Notes: generated from the letters alone by a model not told the origin. A DNA stretch of 56,257 bases from Octopus bimaculoides (GCF_001194135.2 NC_068988.1:92822002-92878258), one strand, 5' to 3'; positions 26,157 to 38,812 are shown, numbered from the stretch's first letter. A program made the numbers and translations.

Positions 26157-27615
26157 GAAAGAGGTGTACGATGGAGCGGTGAAGTTCGCAAAGGCTTTGA
26201 TGAAACTAGGCATTAAAAAAGGAGACACAATTGCATTTTGTGTTCCTAACTGTGTGGAATGGATGAGCTACGATATTGGAATCATGATGACGGGAGCTTA
26301 TTCTATGAGATTAATGTTTGGATTAGCAGATATGAAATCTATTATAAAAGGATGTAGTGCTGTTGTATTTGGATCCAAATCTATTTGGGACAATTTCTTA
26401 ACTATTGCACAAATAAATGATAATGGAAAAGTATCCTGCGAAGCGTGTCTTGATTTGAAGTTTGCCATTGATGTATCCAATACAGATGGACCAGCCAATG
26501 CTTTATCTGCTGCTAAATTGATGGCAGAAATAAGTGAAGATGTCGCAGTTGAATTTCCTTACATTGACCCAGAGGATATTGCATCAATCAATCAGACTTC
26601 CGGAAGCACAGGTGTGCCCAAAAGTATCTGTCACAGCCATTTTGAATACTTGAACTTACCTGATTCAGATCATAATGAGAGTTCTCGCTTTATCATATAT
26701 AATAGTCGTCCAATGGGATATATTGGAGGATATCCGAGGACTGTGCTAACCAGAGGATCATTGCATGTCAGTGGAGACGTAGAAATGCTGAATGATCCGA
26801 AGAATCTCGATTTTGTTATAAACATATTGCAGAGAGAAAAATGCAACATGGTTAGTGTTGCACCACAAGATATGAAGCGACTTAGCAACCGTGATTTCCG
26901 TGTCGATATAATAATATCAGGTGGAGACATGATTACCCGGGATACAATAGAACATGCTTTGAAGATTGCAGATTATTTCTTAGTTGCTTATGGAAGTACT
27001 GAATCTGTCTTCGTATCTTACAAACTTTTTACGAAAGAAAACATTTCGGAACATCGACAAGGAATGTTGGGTCGGCCAGTTGAAGGTACGGAAATCAAAA
27101 TTGTTGACGAGGAGAAGAGGGTTGTAGATATTGGAAAGACAGGCTATTTGTATTTTCGAAGTAAATGGGTAGCAAAAACACATCTGGATGGTACTTCATG
27201 TTTAGAAAATGGTTGGTATCCAACATCAGATATTTGTTACTTAACTGAAGATGGTGATCTCATAATGGTTGGAAGAAGCACAGATTTTATTAAGAAGTGT
27301 ACAGTAAAGTTATCTATTAAACTTATTGAAGATTACGTCGGACGTCATCCGAGTGTAGATGCTGTGGTTGTCGTACCAATCCCAGATCAGGCGGTTGGAG
27401 AACGTGTGTGTGCTTGTGTTACCCTTCGACCAAATCAAGAGTTCAATGAAGAAGAATTGAAAAAGTTTTGTACGGAAACAATGCCGCATCCAGATAACTT
27501 TGATTGTGTATCGATGCATCCTGATTATATTTTATATTTTCCTTCATTTCCACTTTTGGCTAGTGGTAAGTTTGACAAAAAGACTATAACAAGTTTGGCT
27601 CTTAAGAAAATTTAA
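26157..27615 (+). CDS. Terminal exon copy 1 of the ANL/AMP-binding enzyme; 534-aa protein when spliced to exon 1
   Basis: Acceptor cttttctttacAG at 26155-26156. Intact ORF with P-loop NQTSGSTGVPK, YGSTE, YPTSD, GRSTDFIK and C-terminal PLLASGKFDK (catalytic Lys). TAA at 27613-27615. Confidence 0.93.
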
Positions 27616-27706
27616 AAAATGTAATAATTGAATTAAATTATCAAGATGAACAAACGAGCATTTTGGTTTTCGCTGTTTAACATATATGTGTTAAGGTTTC
27701 CTTCTA

Positions 27707-27712
27707 AATAAA
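27707..27712 (+). terminator. Polyadenylation signal of exon copy 1
   Basis: AATAAA ~92 nt after the stop, in a 3' UTR that aligns with that of copy 2. Confidence 0.65.
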
Positions 27713-28787
27713 GGTGACATACTTCGTTAAATATATACATTTATGTGTATATGCTTACATACGTACATACATACATTCATACATGCATATATGCACATAC
27801 AAATATACATACATACATACATACATACATACATACATACATACATACAGGCCAGAAATGTGAAAGACTTTTCCATTTTTTCTAAGCGTTAAACTAATAC
27901 ACCTGCGTGTTGTTCTGTCACCTGTCTTTGTCTTTTGTTTTCTGTACATTTGAACCATGTATTACATAATCTCACGTGCTTACCCCAGTTTGATCCTACC
28001 TGGCTAAACTTCCTCCTCTCATGGGCCCTCATCTCTCCTAACTTATTCTCGAACCTTAGGTATCTCTCCTCATCCACCTAACAATCACCCCACCTGGATT
28101 ATAATTGGGAGTTTGTACATTTTCTAACTCTACCACCATGGATCTTACTATGCACCTTCGATGATGTATATCGCACTAATGATGTATATCGCACTACCAC
28201 GACTTGTCGGACTTTTGGAAAATTTGAACTTCGTACGGTAATAACTCCTTTTTATCTTTATCTCCTATTCCTCATTCCAGTATGCCTAATCACAAATCCA
28301 TTTTCCTCCACCTACGCCACCCTCTCAAACATTATCTCATCTCGCTTACTTTCCGTTGCCTCCAATCTTCTCTCAACGTTTCCCCATTCACTTTCAGAAA
28401 AAACTTGACTCTTCAGTCACTTTCCTTCCTCAGTCGCCGCCTTCATCACAACCTCATCCCCAAACGTTTCCGCCTCCATTTCCACCTTACTCCCCACTCT
28501 TATCCATCCTCTCTCCCACGTCCTGCCCAATCATGCGTGCCACCATCAGTTCTAATCTCTCCAAAATACATACCCTCAACCGCCTCCTCCCCCTTGCTTA
28601 CTCCATCTTTTTCTCCTCTTACACCCCCCTTCGTTGCTCACTCCATCCTACATTTCATGTTCCATTTCAACCGTGTTCTCCACGACTCTCTTGCTCGCAC
28701 TAAACACCATAAACTCCACTCACGCCTTCATCCTGTTCTGCCCGATGCCACTACACCCACTCCTTCCTTCCCACTTCCTAACCCTTT

Positions 28788-28820
28788 CCCTAACCCTAAC
28801 CCTAACCCTAACCCTAACCC
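28788..28820. repeat. (CCCTAA)5 inside the Penelope-like element
   Basis: Directly visible. Confidence 0.9.
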
Positions 28821-29989
28821 ACTCCTTCTTTCGCACTTCCTAACCCTTTCCCCTTCACGCCAACCTCGCTACTGTTCCACCTTCTCACATATCACTTCCT
28901 CCTCTCTTTCTCCTCCCAGCCTTCTACTGTCTCCATCACCCCTATCCCACCTTACTCCCCTTCCTCTACCCAAACCACTCCACTTTACTTTGTTACTAGC
29001 ATTTCTCTAGCTCTCCCCCTCTCCTTAGTAGGGGATCTCCGTTTCATATCTCTCATTCTGTTTAGTTACGAGTTTCGGACCCGTGCTGATGTCTAACAGT
29101 TCGTGCGCCACAATACTCCATCTGCATCTAATGAAGAAGACTGCTTCACTGACCTGGGCTGCCGACCATCTCACTGGACGCCAGCTCCCTCCCATTCGGT
29201 TTCAGGCAGTTGATCAATTTGCTAGTGTCAGTCAACGTGTTGTGGACGGGTTCAACTTTCGCAGGCGTCCCCGATATTTCGACATCTCCCGGACCGAACC
29301 CTCGGCCCTTCAATGTCTCCGACGCCGTCAAGACATCATCATCAAACCGGCCGACAATGTTAGAGCTGTGGCGGTATGACATGCAGAACGCTGTCGGGCT
29401 GATGCGCTTTGCCAACTTCAAGACACCTCCTTCTATCGTCCTAGCTTCACGCCCCAGTTCCATGTCTATTGTCCTTGCTCCACTTCATACTCTCAATGGA
29501 TTGTATCATCCACAGTTCCGGACCTCATTTCCTCCTACTGTATACCTCCCATCGTCCCCAACTTCATTGTCCGTACCCACCCACTATTTACTTCTTTCCA
29601 AAGATCCATACGCCCCATGGTTTTCGCCCGCAGCTGCCTCGCCTCACTCATCTCCAAGTACATCGATCTTGTCCTCGCATCACACCCCTAGCGACTTCCC
29701 TCTCTCCACATATTCAAAATACCAAACATGCTCTCCGTTTATTTAATTCTTTCTCTTCCTCTCCTAGTTCCCCACGACTCCTGTTCACCCTCGATATTAA
29801 ATCATTATATACTGCAGTCCTGTACTTCCACTCAACCGGCCATTTGCTACATCTGTTTGTGTAGATCTGTCTTTGCACAGAGGCCACCTGGACTCCCGCC
29901 TCCGCCGTGAGCACGAAATGATTTTCTCTCTTCATTCCTATGCTCCCTTTGGTTTCAATTCGTTATCTCTCTTTATCTAAAACCAACCC

Positions 29990-30775
29990 TACACACATTC
30001 ACACACATCTCCCACCTTTAATTGCTTTCCTTCTTCCACCCCACACCTCTACACCACCTAACTCAGTATCCTCACCACACACCATTAGGCACACCCTCAC
30101 ACACACATGTACTAACATATACCTCCCCACTCCACACACACTAGTAAGCGATATCTCCCAACCATTAACTCTCACCACCCTTATCCCACATCTCACCTCC
30201 ATGAAAACCTCCACAACACTCAATATTCACTCATGTGAATACACTCAATACACACGCACACAACACGTAGAAACAGACAATATGAACATGCACACAACAT
30301 GCATAAACACACAACTTTTGTGCATAAAAATACACAATACACACGCATGGTTTAGGGTCACGCACACAAACACACACACATACATACACACACACACACA
30401 CACACACTCATAAGGAACAAAAACTTCGTGTACAAACACACACACATGAGTACACACTACACGAGCAAGTACACATTAATTGCAACATATAAGTGATTGT
30501 ACACGCACATACAGACATTTGATATGCTCACACACCTGATAGCCTCACACATGCGTACTATACACAGCTTCACACGCATATACGCACATCCATACATACA
30601 CTGGTACATGAATACACGGAATACACACAACTCCACACAATGCACGCACTGATTTCCTTATGCACACAGACACACATACACACGACCATGCGCATACACA
30701 GATTCACAAAATTTTAAGCTTATCAACACATACATTCATACTCGCTCACCACCATCCACACACACTCTTATACAG
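29990..30775. repeat. Degenerate CA-rich low-complexity tract (another at 22800-23010)
   Basis: Directly visible. Confidence 0.85.
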
Positions 30776-30779
30776 CATT

Positions 30780-31045
30780 TGTTGTATTTCCCTCGGAAGA
30801 CTCGCAGAGATAACACAACGAGTTATACAAATTTAATTATTACATTTATTATTCAATTATATACAAAGAACGCACTCACCCAATGTTCGTTATGAATAAA
30901 CAAAAGTCATGTCCGCCATACATATATCAATGACATTTTACTACGACAGTCACACAAGACAACAACAATGAAACAATGAACTCAGACGAACCACAGTGAC
31001 ACACGGAACGTCAGACGAATTACATATCTAACAGTCCATATAACA
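30780..31045. mobile_element. Solo LTR (266 bp) with 5-bp TSD
   Basis: Termini TGTTG...TAACA; GCATT at 30775-30779 and 31046-31050. Confidence 0.75.
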
Positions 31046-31399
31046 GCATTCTTACATACACACACGTGCTTGTGCATCCCAGTTCAGCCGAGTCACCCTT
31101 ATCATCTCCTCTCTACTCAGCCTCTTTCTAAGGGTCACTTCATTATGTTAAACCATCAATCCCAACAAGCTTTTTTTCCTCTCTCCGTCTTTTTTTGTCT
31201 CTCCACTTTTTTAACTCTCATCCCTTTCTGTCGAAAAGTGTAAGCTCGAAACGTCAAAGACTTTTCCATGCTTCCCGGGTGGCTTGTTCTCTCGCCTGTC
31301 TTTGTCCTTTGCTTTCTGTAGATCCCGCTAGTGATGAATATTTCTCATCCTATTGGTCAAAGAATTCCTCAACAGCAGGTGCTTCTAGATGTCTCACCA

Positions 31400-31640
31400 T
31401 TGTATAAGGTGCACAGAGTGTGCTTGTAAAGACAAGAACATGACATACATTGATGAGATTTTTAGAAGCATTACGGAGAGATTAAATGAACATTTGAGAC
31501 AACATGACAGCAAAAATGGTCCCCCATACTCTACCAACATTCCAGAAACCATATTGGGCTGACTTACATCCGCATTTTATCGAAGAACCCGAAGGACACA
31601 TTCACTCAGACACATACAGGAGTACGTCCTCATAAATGAA
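31400..31640 (+). mobile_element. Penelope-type GIY-YIG endonuclease fragment
   Basis: CIRCTEC...TYIDEIFRSITERLNEHLR resembles the YIGET.R....R..EH motif. Confidence 0.55.
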
Positions 31641-32510
31641 ACGTCTCCCCGTACGAAGTAGGAAATACACGTAGAAGGTAGTGGTACCCCAATACCCACA
31701 GTATATACATACACAGGCAGATTTGTTAGTAGGCTGTTATGTAGGCGAATATATATATACATATATATAATCTCTGAACGAGGTATAAACAGCAGCAGCA
31801 CGGCGACGTGAAGTATATTTGCCACTTAAATGCGGCTAAACCCTAAGGGTGAATGCTACTGTAGCTTTTAGCCCCAGGAGAACATCTCCTCCACCTGGAT
31901 ATTGATACATAGGCAGGTAGACAAATGGATATGTAGATAAACAGATAGGTAAATAGTAGATAGGTACATAGGTAATATGGACAGACAAGTACACACACAA
32001 ACACAAACACATGAATATGCAGAATACATACATACATACAAACGTATACACATGCATACATACACATACATACATACATACATATGTGTATACACATGCA
32101 CGCTGATGCACACACATTCGCACAACCAAACAAAAAGAACGCAGTTCCGATTACAGGCAAAGTCAACAACTATTGAAGAGGTTGTAAGAAGCTATGAAAA
32201 TTTTCGAAAAAAAGAATAAGTAAATGAGTAGAAATCGAACAGGTGATTGTGTTAATTAATTAGACATTAAGACAGGATTATTCTCCCCAGACACAACAAA
32301 ATATGCTTCAACACACGAATTCACTTAAGGAATCTTGCAAACAAAGCACAAAAAAGAAATATATATATATATATATATATACACCAGTTGTTGAGTGTCC
32401 CACCTATAGGGGATCCATGGTAGATGTGTCGAAACAATTGTCGTGATTAACAATAAATTCTCGTATATTCCATCTCCCGTCATTCATTTGCCATATATAT
32501 ATATATATAT

Positions 32511-32558
<48 letters not shown>

Positions 32559-32588
32559 AATATGTGACAATTATTCGGTAGCCATAAT

Positions 32589-32649
32589 GATAAAACTCCG
32601 AGTTTCGGATGTCTGGGCGGAAACCCACGTCGCCATCTCTTCAGTTATC
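32589..32649 (-). ncRNA. Candidate type I hammerhead ribozyme
   Basis: Minus strand: GATAA-CTGAAGA-GATG...CATCC-GAAA-CTCGGAG-TT-TTATC. Helix I GATAA/TTATC, palindromic helix III ACTC(G)GAGT, GUU cleavage triplet, one bulged C in helix II. Confidence 0.6.
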
Positions 32650-32669
32650 TGGCCATCGATATACATACA

Positions 32670-32709
<40 letters not shown>

Positions 32710-32956
32710 ATAAGTGTGTATAGGGATAAAATTATCCAGGCGTCTACCGTGGTAGCTCTCAGGTATATTCCAGGTTACGGCTAACCGCTTCAACTAGTAT
32801 CAAGCGACAAAAATTGCTAAGTATTAGCAACCTCGCTGAAATTCTTCCGATGGGTAACTCCGGTTTCACTTCCCTGGATTATATATATTATCAAGACTGT
32901 AGATTTCTAACAGTTATAAGCAATTATAAATGTTAGTGGCTATGTTCTAAAGACAG

Positions 32957-33290
32957 ACGCAGGCGTGGCTACGTGGTAAGAAGGTTGCTTCACAACCCCA
33001 TGGATTCGAGTTCAGTTCTATTACGTTGCACCTTGGCCAGTATCTTCTGCTTTTCCTCGGGCCGACCAAAGCTTTGTGAGTGGATTATATATTTCACTTG
33101 TGTGCCTTCGTATCTGTCTTTGTCCCCCACCTCACCGCTTGACAACCGGTGCTGGTGTGTTTACGTCCCCATAACGTAGCGGTTCGACAAAAGAGACCAA
33201 TAGAATAAATACCAGGCTTTAAAAAATATAATCTCCAAGGTGATGCCCCAGCATGGCCGCAGTCTAATGACTGAAACAAATAAAAGATAA
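32957..33290 (+). mobile_element. tRNA-derived SINE with internal microsatellite
   Basis: Head ggcgtggctacgtggtaag...ttcgagttcag, body cgcttgacaaccggtgctggtgtgtttacgtcccc, tail gcatggccgcagtc.aatgactgaaacaa. Copies at 40075-40460(-), 23655-23780(-), 36780-36970(+), and 44790-45345(+, split by microsatellites). Confidence 0.8.
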
Positions 33291-33321
<31 letters not shown>

Positions 33322-33364
33322 GATATGTAAATATTTGCGTGTGTGTTTCTTCAACAAGAATAGT

Positions 33365-34022
33365 AGCTGTTAGATCATGTGAACTCAATAAAGCCATCCA
33401 TACAGTTCACAATGGAAAAAGAAAAAGACAATCAGCTGGCATTCCTGGACGTATTAATAACACGCACCAAGAATGGATTCAGGACATCCGTACACCGCAA
33501 GCTGACCTTCACTGGACGATATCTCAACTTCAATTCCCACCATCCATACAGTGTAAAGAGAGGGATTGCTCAGTGCCTAAAACATCGAGCAATGAATATA
33601 AGTAGCGATCGTGATACCCACCACGAAGAAATGATGAAGCTCAGTAACAATCTGTTAAGCAACAACTACCCCAAAAGCATACTCTCCACTCCAATTATGA
33701 AGAAAAGAGAGGATGAAACCAATAAACTGTCTACAGTCTGTCTACCCTATGTGAAAGGCCTCTCCGAAAAGATACAAAAGATATGCAACCCATATGACAT
33801 CAGGACAGTATTCAAAAGTAATACAACACTTCGCAAATATCTCCTTCAGATAAAGCCACCAATAGAAGAGAATATGACCAAAAAACTGCGTGTACTCCAT
33901 CCCATGCAGCTGTGGTAGGTTATACAAAGGCGAAACATGTCGCCCCCTCAAAATAAGGGTAGAGGAACATCGCAAAGCTGTGACACGGTGAGATATTGAT
34001 AAATCGGGTATAGCTGATCATG
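33365..34022 (+). mobile_element. Young 5'-truncated Penelope-like element (RT thumb + GIY-YIG)
   Basis: IQFTMEKEKDNQLAFLDVLI..TGRYLNFNSHHP..LPYVKGLSEKI, one frameshift near 33885, then CVYSIPCSCGRLYKGETCRPLKIRVEEHRK. Confidence 0.9.
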
Positions 34023-34759
34023 ACGGCTGCAAACTCGTGTTCGAGTATTGCCAACGCCTGATCGAAAGATCCATACATGCGAATGCTACGACCAGCCACT
34101 TTTTGATAAGTCTTACCTCTTTTCAAGCGATGCCTGTGCATTTTTTTTTATAATGGGGGAATGATTTGCACAAATCCTGTCCCAGGTTCTGAACGTGAGC
34201 AACATAAACTCGAAAAGAAGAACTAGTCTACATCATCGAATATTGACAGTGTCACAGGTTTTCTCTCAGTGTTTCCCTCTCCTAGAGAGATGTTGTAACA
34301 GCAACACAGGGTCCTCTCACTCGCAGTGGGGCACCGCGCGCCTGGACACTAACCCAGGTATTTCCACGTCTCCGAGCATACAAACATGCATACATACAAA
34401 TGTACACATATTGTCAGTTGGCTGTTGACTGCTCATGAGCTTTTCTGCTCTTTGACAGGTTTAATTTTTCGTCCTGAAGGGTGTCGAACAATTATCCTTC
34501 TCACCAAACAAGTTTGATGGGGGTTGCCAGTTTAGGCACCGATTATACAACCATGCAACTGGTTGTATTGGGTTAAATGTTAGTAGCGCCCAAGAGCTCA
34601 CCTGGCATACACACATATATGTGCATATACATACATACACACATACACATACATATATACATACATACATACATACACATAAATACATACATACATGCAT
34701 ACATACATACATGCATACATACATACATACATATATACATACATACATACATACACAAC

Positions 34760-35510
34760 ACATCGTGGACAAAAGTTTGTCAGGAATTCAGCCTAACTAT
34801 CAGTCTGAAGAAGACCAAAGTACTGGGCCAAGGTGCCAAGCACCCCTCTCCACCATCGCTATCACCATCACCATCAACAGCTACAAGCTGGAAGTAGTCC
34901 ATGAATTCACCCACCTCGACTCTACCATCACTGATGACCTCTCTATGGACCCTGAGATCAATGGGAGAATTGGATGAGCGTCCTCCACATTTGCCAGGCT
35001 CACAAAGAGAGTCTGGGAAAATAGAAAACTGGCTGCAAACACCAAGATTGCTGTCTATACGGCGTGCGTCCTTAGTACGCTACTTTACGGTAGTGAGACA
35101 TGGAGTCTCTATTCCAGATAGGAGCGGCGTCTCAACGGCTTCCACCTTCGTAATTTGAGACGCATCTTGGATAACAAGTGGACCAACCACATTACCAACA
35201 CCGAAGTCCTCAACCGCACCAAGATACTCAGCATTCTCGGCCTGCTTCAGCCGCGTCGTCTGCGTTGGCTCGGTCATATACATCGCGTGCCAAATGGGAG
35301 GATCCCAAAAGACCTCCTGCATAGGAAATTGGCCACCGGCACACGAGCACGAGAACGATCTCATCTTTGTTTCAATGACGTTTGTAGGAGGGATATGTCA
35401 CTCGATCAAGACGTCCTGAGATGGGAGGAGGTCCCAAATGATCGCCGATATTGCAGACAAATACTGCGGAGAGGATGAAGCGAGCAGAAGACAAACAGGA
35501 ACTCGTCACT
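34760..35510 (+). mobile_element. RTE-clade LINE 3' fragment
   Basis: LTISLKKTKV, F.RLTKRVW, VLSTLLYGSETW, RRLRWLGHIHRVPNGRIPKDLL. Confidence 0.9.
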
Positions 35511-35521
35511 AAAAAAAAACG

Positions 35522-35563
<42 letters not shown>

Positions 35564-35852
35564 CACTACTACAGCCAACGATTCAAGTCAACGTACAAGA
35601 CAGCCATTATGTCCCCACACATAAAATGCTTCCACGTGAACTCTGTTGACACCAGTAAGAAACAATTATGAAATTTTCTTTGAATTACACTTTTTTAAAA
35701 AATATGTATTTTTGATAAGGTTAGTTTTTTCAGGAACCGAAACATGTAAAATATCTCTGAGAAAATTAAAATTTATCGTGTATAGTGGTGCTTTTAAACT
35801 TTTTTTTATAAATATATACCCACTCGTATGTCACCTACACTTTTTATCCATA

Positions 35853-35926
<74 letters not shown>

Positions 35927-37260
35927 GTCATATTTTGACATTTATAGGCATTTTTATGAACTACGTCCAATATTCGCGGTTTTTCATTATTCGTGTGTGG
36001 TCTAGGAACGTAACTCCTGCAAATACCAGGGGACTACTGTAATGATAAGTTGAACCTTGTATATAAGTAGTAGTTTGTATAAATGTAGTTTGATTGTCGG
36101 TATATATATATGGTTATGCATGAACTACTGAATAGAAAATGCTCGAGAAATAAAATGCACTTACCTATTTAAAACCTGAAACGCTGGGGAATCAAATCAA
36201 CGAATTGAAATAAGTTTTAGCAAATGCAAACAATTCGTATTGAAATGCAGAATTAGCAAATGCTAATGAGATTACCGTTATTAAGATGTCTGTTTGTACC
36301 CATGAAACAGTTATCGTCGAACTTCGGCATTTTTCGTCAAATTGTAATCTTTATTAATGGGTAAAACCAATTTGGCGAAAAAATGACCAGAGTCTGATAG
36401 AGAACCCGTGTCGTCATCATTTTTGTGTATGTGCGTAAAACAAGTTTTTGGTCTCAACTCATCCTTAGCGCATATTCCATCGGTGTATAAAATTTCAAGA
36501 AAATCGGCTGAAAACTTTAAAAGTCATGGCAGAAAATAACATTCATATGAGAATTTGCATTGAAATGTCCTATCGATTTTACCCTCTCAGATTCACACAC
36601 TTTTTGCAGCTGACCTTCAGTTTTTTAAGCCTTGTAACTGAACTCGGGAGGCCGGGCCTCCAGTATTGCCTCTCCCGATACACTTAAAGCCAAGAACTTT
36701 TTAGGCTGGCTCGAGTAAAATAACATATATGTGTATGTCTCAGTGTGTGTGCGCGCGCACGTGTGTGTGTGTATGTGAGTGTATTTTCATTTGTGTTTGT
36801 TTCTTCCACTGCTTGACAACTGGTGTTGAATTATTTACGTCCTCGTAAGCTAGCGGGTCGGCAAAGAGACGGATTGAATATAAACAGTACTGTTGCTGAT
36901 TTTATCGACTTCAAGGTAATTCCTCAGTATGGTTGCATTCCAATGACTGAAACAACTAAAAGATAAAAGCTACAGAAATCCATACATACAAACACACACA
37001 TGTGTGTATGTTCAGTTGATTGGAGCGCGGGCGGGGTGGAGTCAAAGAGTACAGAGGTGGAAGTTTACTGTGGTGTTTGTGAATTCAGAATTTACTATCT
37101 TGGCCATAGATATCACTGAGATTTCTGTTGGTAGATTAAACTATTACCATCGAAGTTATCTGCGCTTTCTTAATATAATATAGAAATGTAAATAACTTAC
37201 TATATCACGAAATTATGTGATTAGCGGCATACATGTTAAATATGTTACTTTTCTTTGCAG

Positions 37261-38725
37261 GAAAGAGATGTACGATGGAGCGGTGAAGTTCGCAAAGGCT
37301 TTGATGAAACTAGGCGTTGAAAAAGGAGACACAATTGCATTTTGTGTTCCTAACTGTGTGGAATGGATGAGCTACGATATTGGAATCATGATGACGGGAG
37401 CATATTCTATGAGATTGATATTTGGATTAGCAGATATTAAATCTATTATAAAGGGATGCAGTGCTGTTGTATTTGGATCCAAATCTATTTGGGACAGTTT
37501 CTTATCCATTGCACAAATAAATGATGATGGAAAAGTATCTAGCGAAGCGTGTCCTGATTTGAGGTTTGCCATTAATGTGTCCAATACACACGGACCAGCC
37601 AATGCTTTATCTGCTGCTAAATTGATAGCAGAAATAAGTGACGATGACGCAGTTGAGTTTCCTTACATTGACTCAGAGGATATTGCATCAATCAATCAGA
37701 CTTCCGGAAGCACAGGTGTGCCTAAACGTATCTGTCACAGCCATTTTGATTGCTTAAACAACAAGGATTCAGATTTTAAGGACACTTCTCTTATCATATT
37801 TAGCAGTAGGCCAATGGGATATAGTGGAGGATATCCGATGACTGTGCTAACCAGAAGATCATTGCATGTCAGTGGAGACGTAGAAATGTTGAATGATCCG
37901 AAGAATCTGAATTTTGTCATAGACATATGGCAGAGAGAAAAATGCAACATGGTTGGTGTTGCACCACAAGATTTGAAGCGACTTAGCGACTGTGATTTCC
38001 GTGTCAATATGATAATGTCAGGTGGAGACATGATTACCCGAGATACAATAGAAGATGCTTTAAAGGTTGCAGATTGCTTCTTAATTTGTTATGGAAGTAC
38101 TGAATGTTTCTTCATGACTAACAGAATTTTTACACTAAAAAACATTTCGGAACATCGACAAGGAATGTTGGGTCGACCAGTTGAAGGTACTGAAATCAAA
38201 ATTGTTGACGAGGAGAAGAGGGTTGTAGATATTGGAAAGACAGGCTATTTGTATTTTCGAAGTAAATGGGTAACAAAAACACATCTGGATGGTACTTCAT
38301 GTTTAGAAAATGGTTGGTATCCAACATCAGATATTTGTTACTTAACTGAAGATGGTGATCTCATAATGGTTGGAAGAAGCACAGATTTTATTAAGAAGTC
38401 TACAGTAAAGTTATCTATTAAACTTATTGAAGAATACGTTGGACGCCATCCGAGTGTAGATGCTGTGGTTGTCGTACCAATTCCTGACGAGGCAGTTGGA
38501 GAACGTGTGTGCGTATGCGTAACCCTTCGACTAAATCACAAGTTCAATGAAGAAGAATTGAAGAAGTTTTGTACAGAAACAATGCCGCATCCAGATAACT
38601 TTGGTTGTGTATCGATGCATCCTGATTATATTTTATGTTTTCCTTCATTTCCACATTTGGCTAGTGGCAAGCTTGACAAAAAGACTATAACAAGTTTAGC
38701 CATGAAGAAAATAACAAAAATGTAG
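37261..38725 (+). CDS. Terminal exon copy 2 of the ANL enzyme; 536 aa if spliced to exon 1
   Basis: Acceptor cttttctttgcAG at 37259-37260, same phase as copy 1. Intact ORF, ~85% aa identical to copy 1 by manual count, with one in-frame 3-nt deletion. Ends ...KKITKM-TAG. The ORF-track N-terminal extension from 37217 is intronic. Confidence 0.9.
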
Positions 38726-38812
38726 TAATAATTAAATTAAATTACCAAGATTAAGAAACGTGTATTTTAGTTTTCCCTGTTTAACATGTTAACGTGTTAA
38801 GGTTTCCTTCTC

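Larger units (their letters stand above)
27850..31325 (+). mobile_element. Decayed Penelope-like element between direct terminal repeats (27850-27956 and ~31240-31325)
   Basis: RT fragments LRRRQDIIIKPAD, FFPKIHTP, KHALRLFNSF..LFTLDIKSLYT. Both repeats carry aaagacttttcca...cctgtctttgtc.tttg.tttctgta; the right one contains a remnant of GCTCGAAACGTC. Confidence 0.7.

Noticed and set aside
27613-27624. A-to-I editing of the copy 1 stop to restore the C-terminal tripeptide
   Set aside because: UAA needs both adenosines edited and would give W-K-M, which is not a PTS1; a single edit leaves a stop.
28282-29010. 242-aa Pro/Ser/Leu-rich ORF as a host gene
   Set aside because: C/T-rich decayed Penelope-like sequence; the recognisable element residues are scattered over different frames.
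37217-37260. ORF-track N-terminal extension of copy 2 (MISGIHVKYVTFLCR)
   Set aside because: It is the polypyrimidine tract and acceptor; the start is GTG, and the homologous sequence is intronic in copies 1 and 3.
37268-37270. In-frame ATG just after the acceptor in copies 2 and 3 as an independent start
   Set aside because: It would delete ~50 N-terminal residues and cut the A1 motif, and copy 1 has GTG here. Not excluded, but less plausible than splicing to exon 1.
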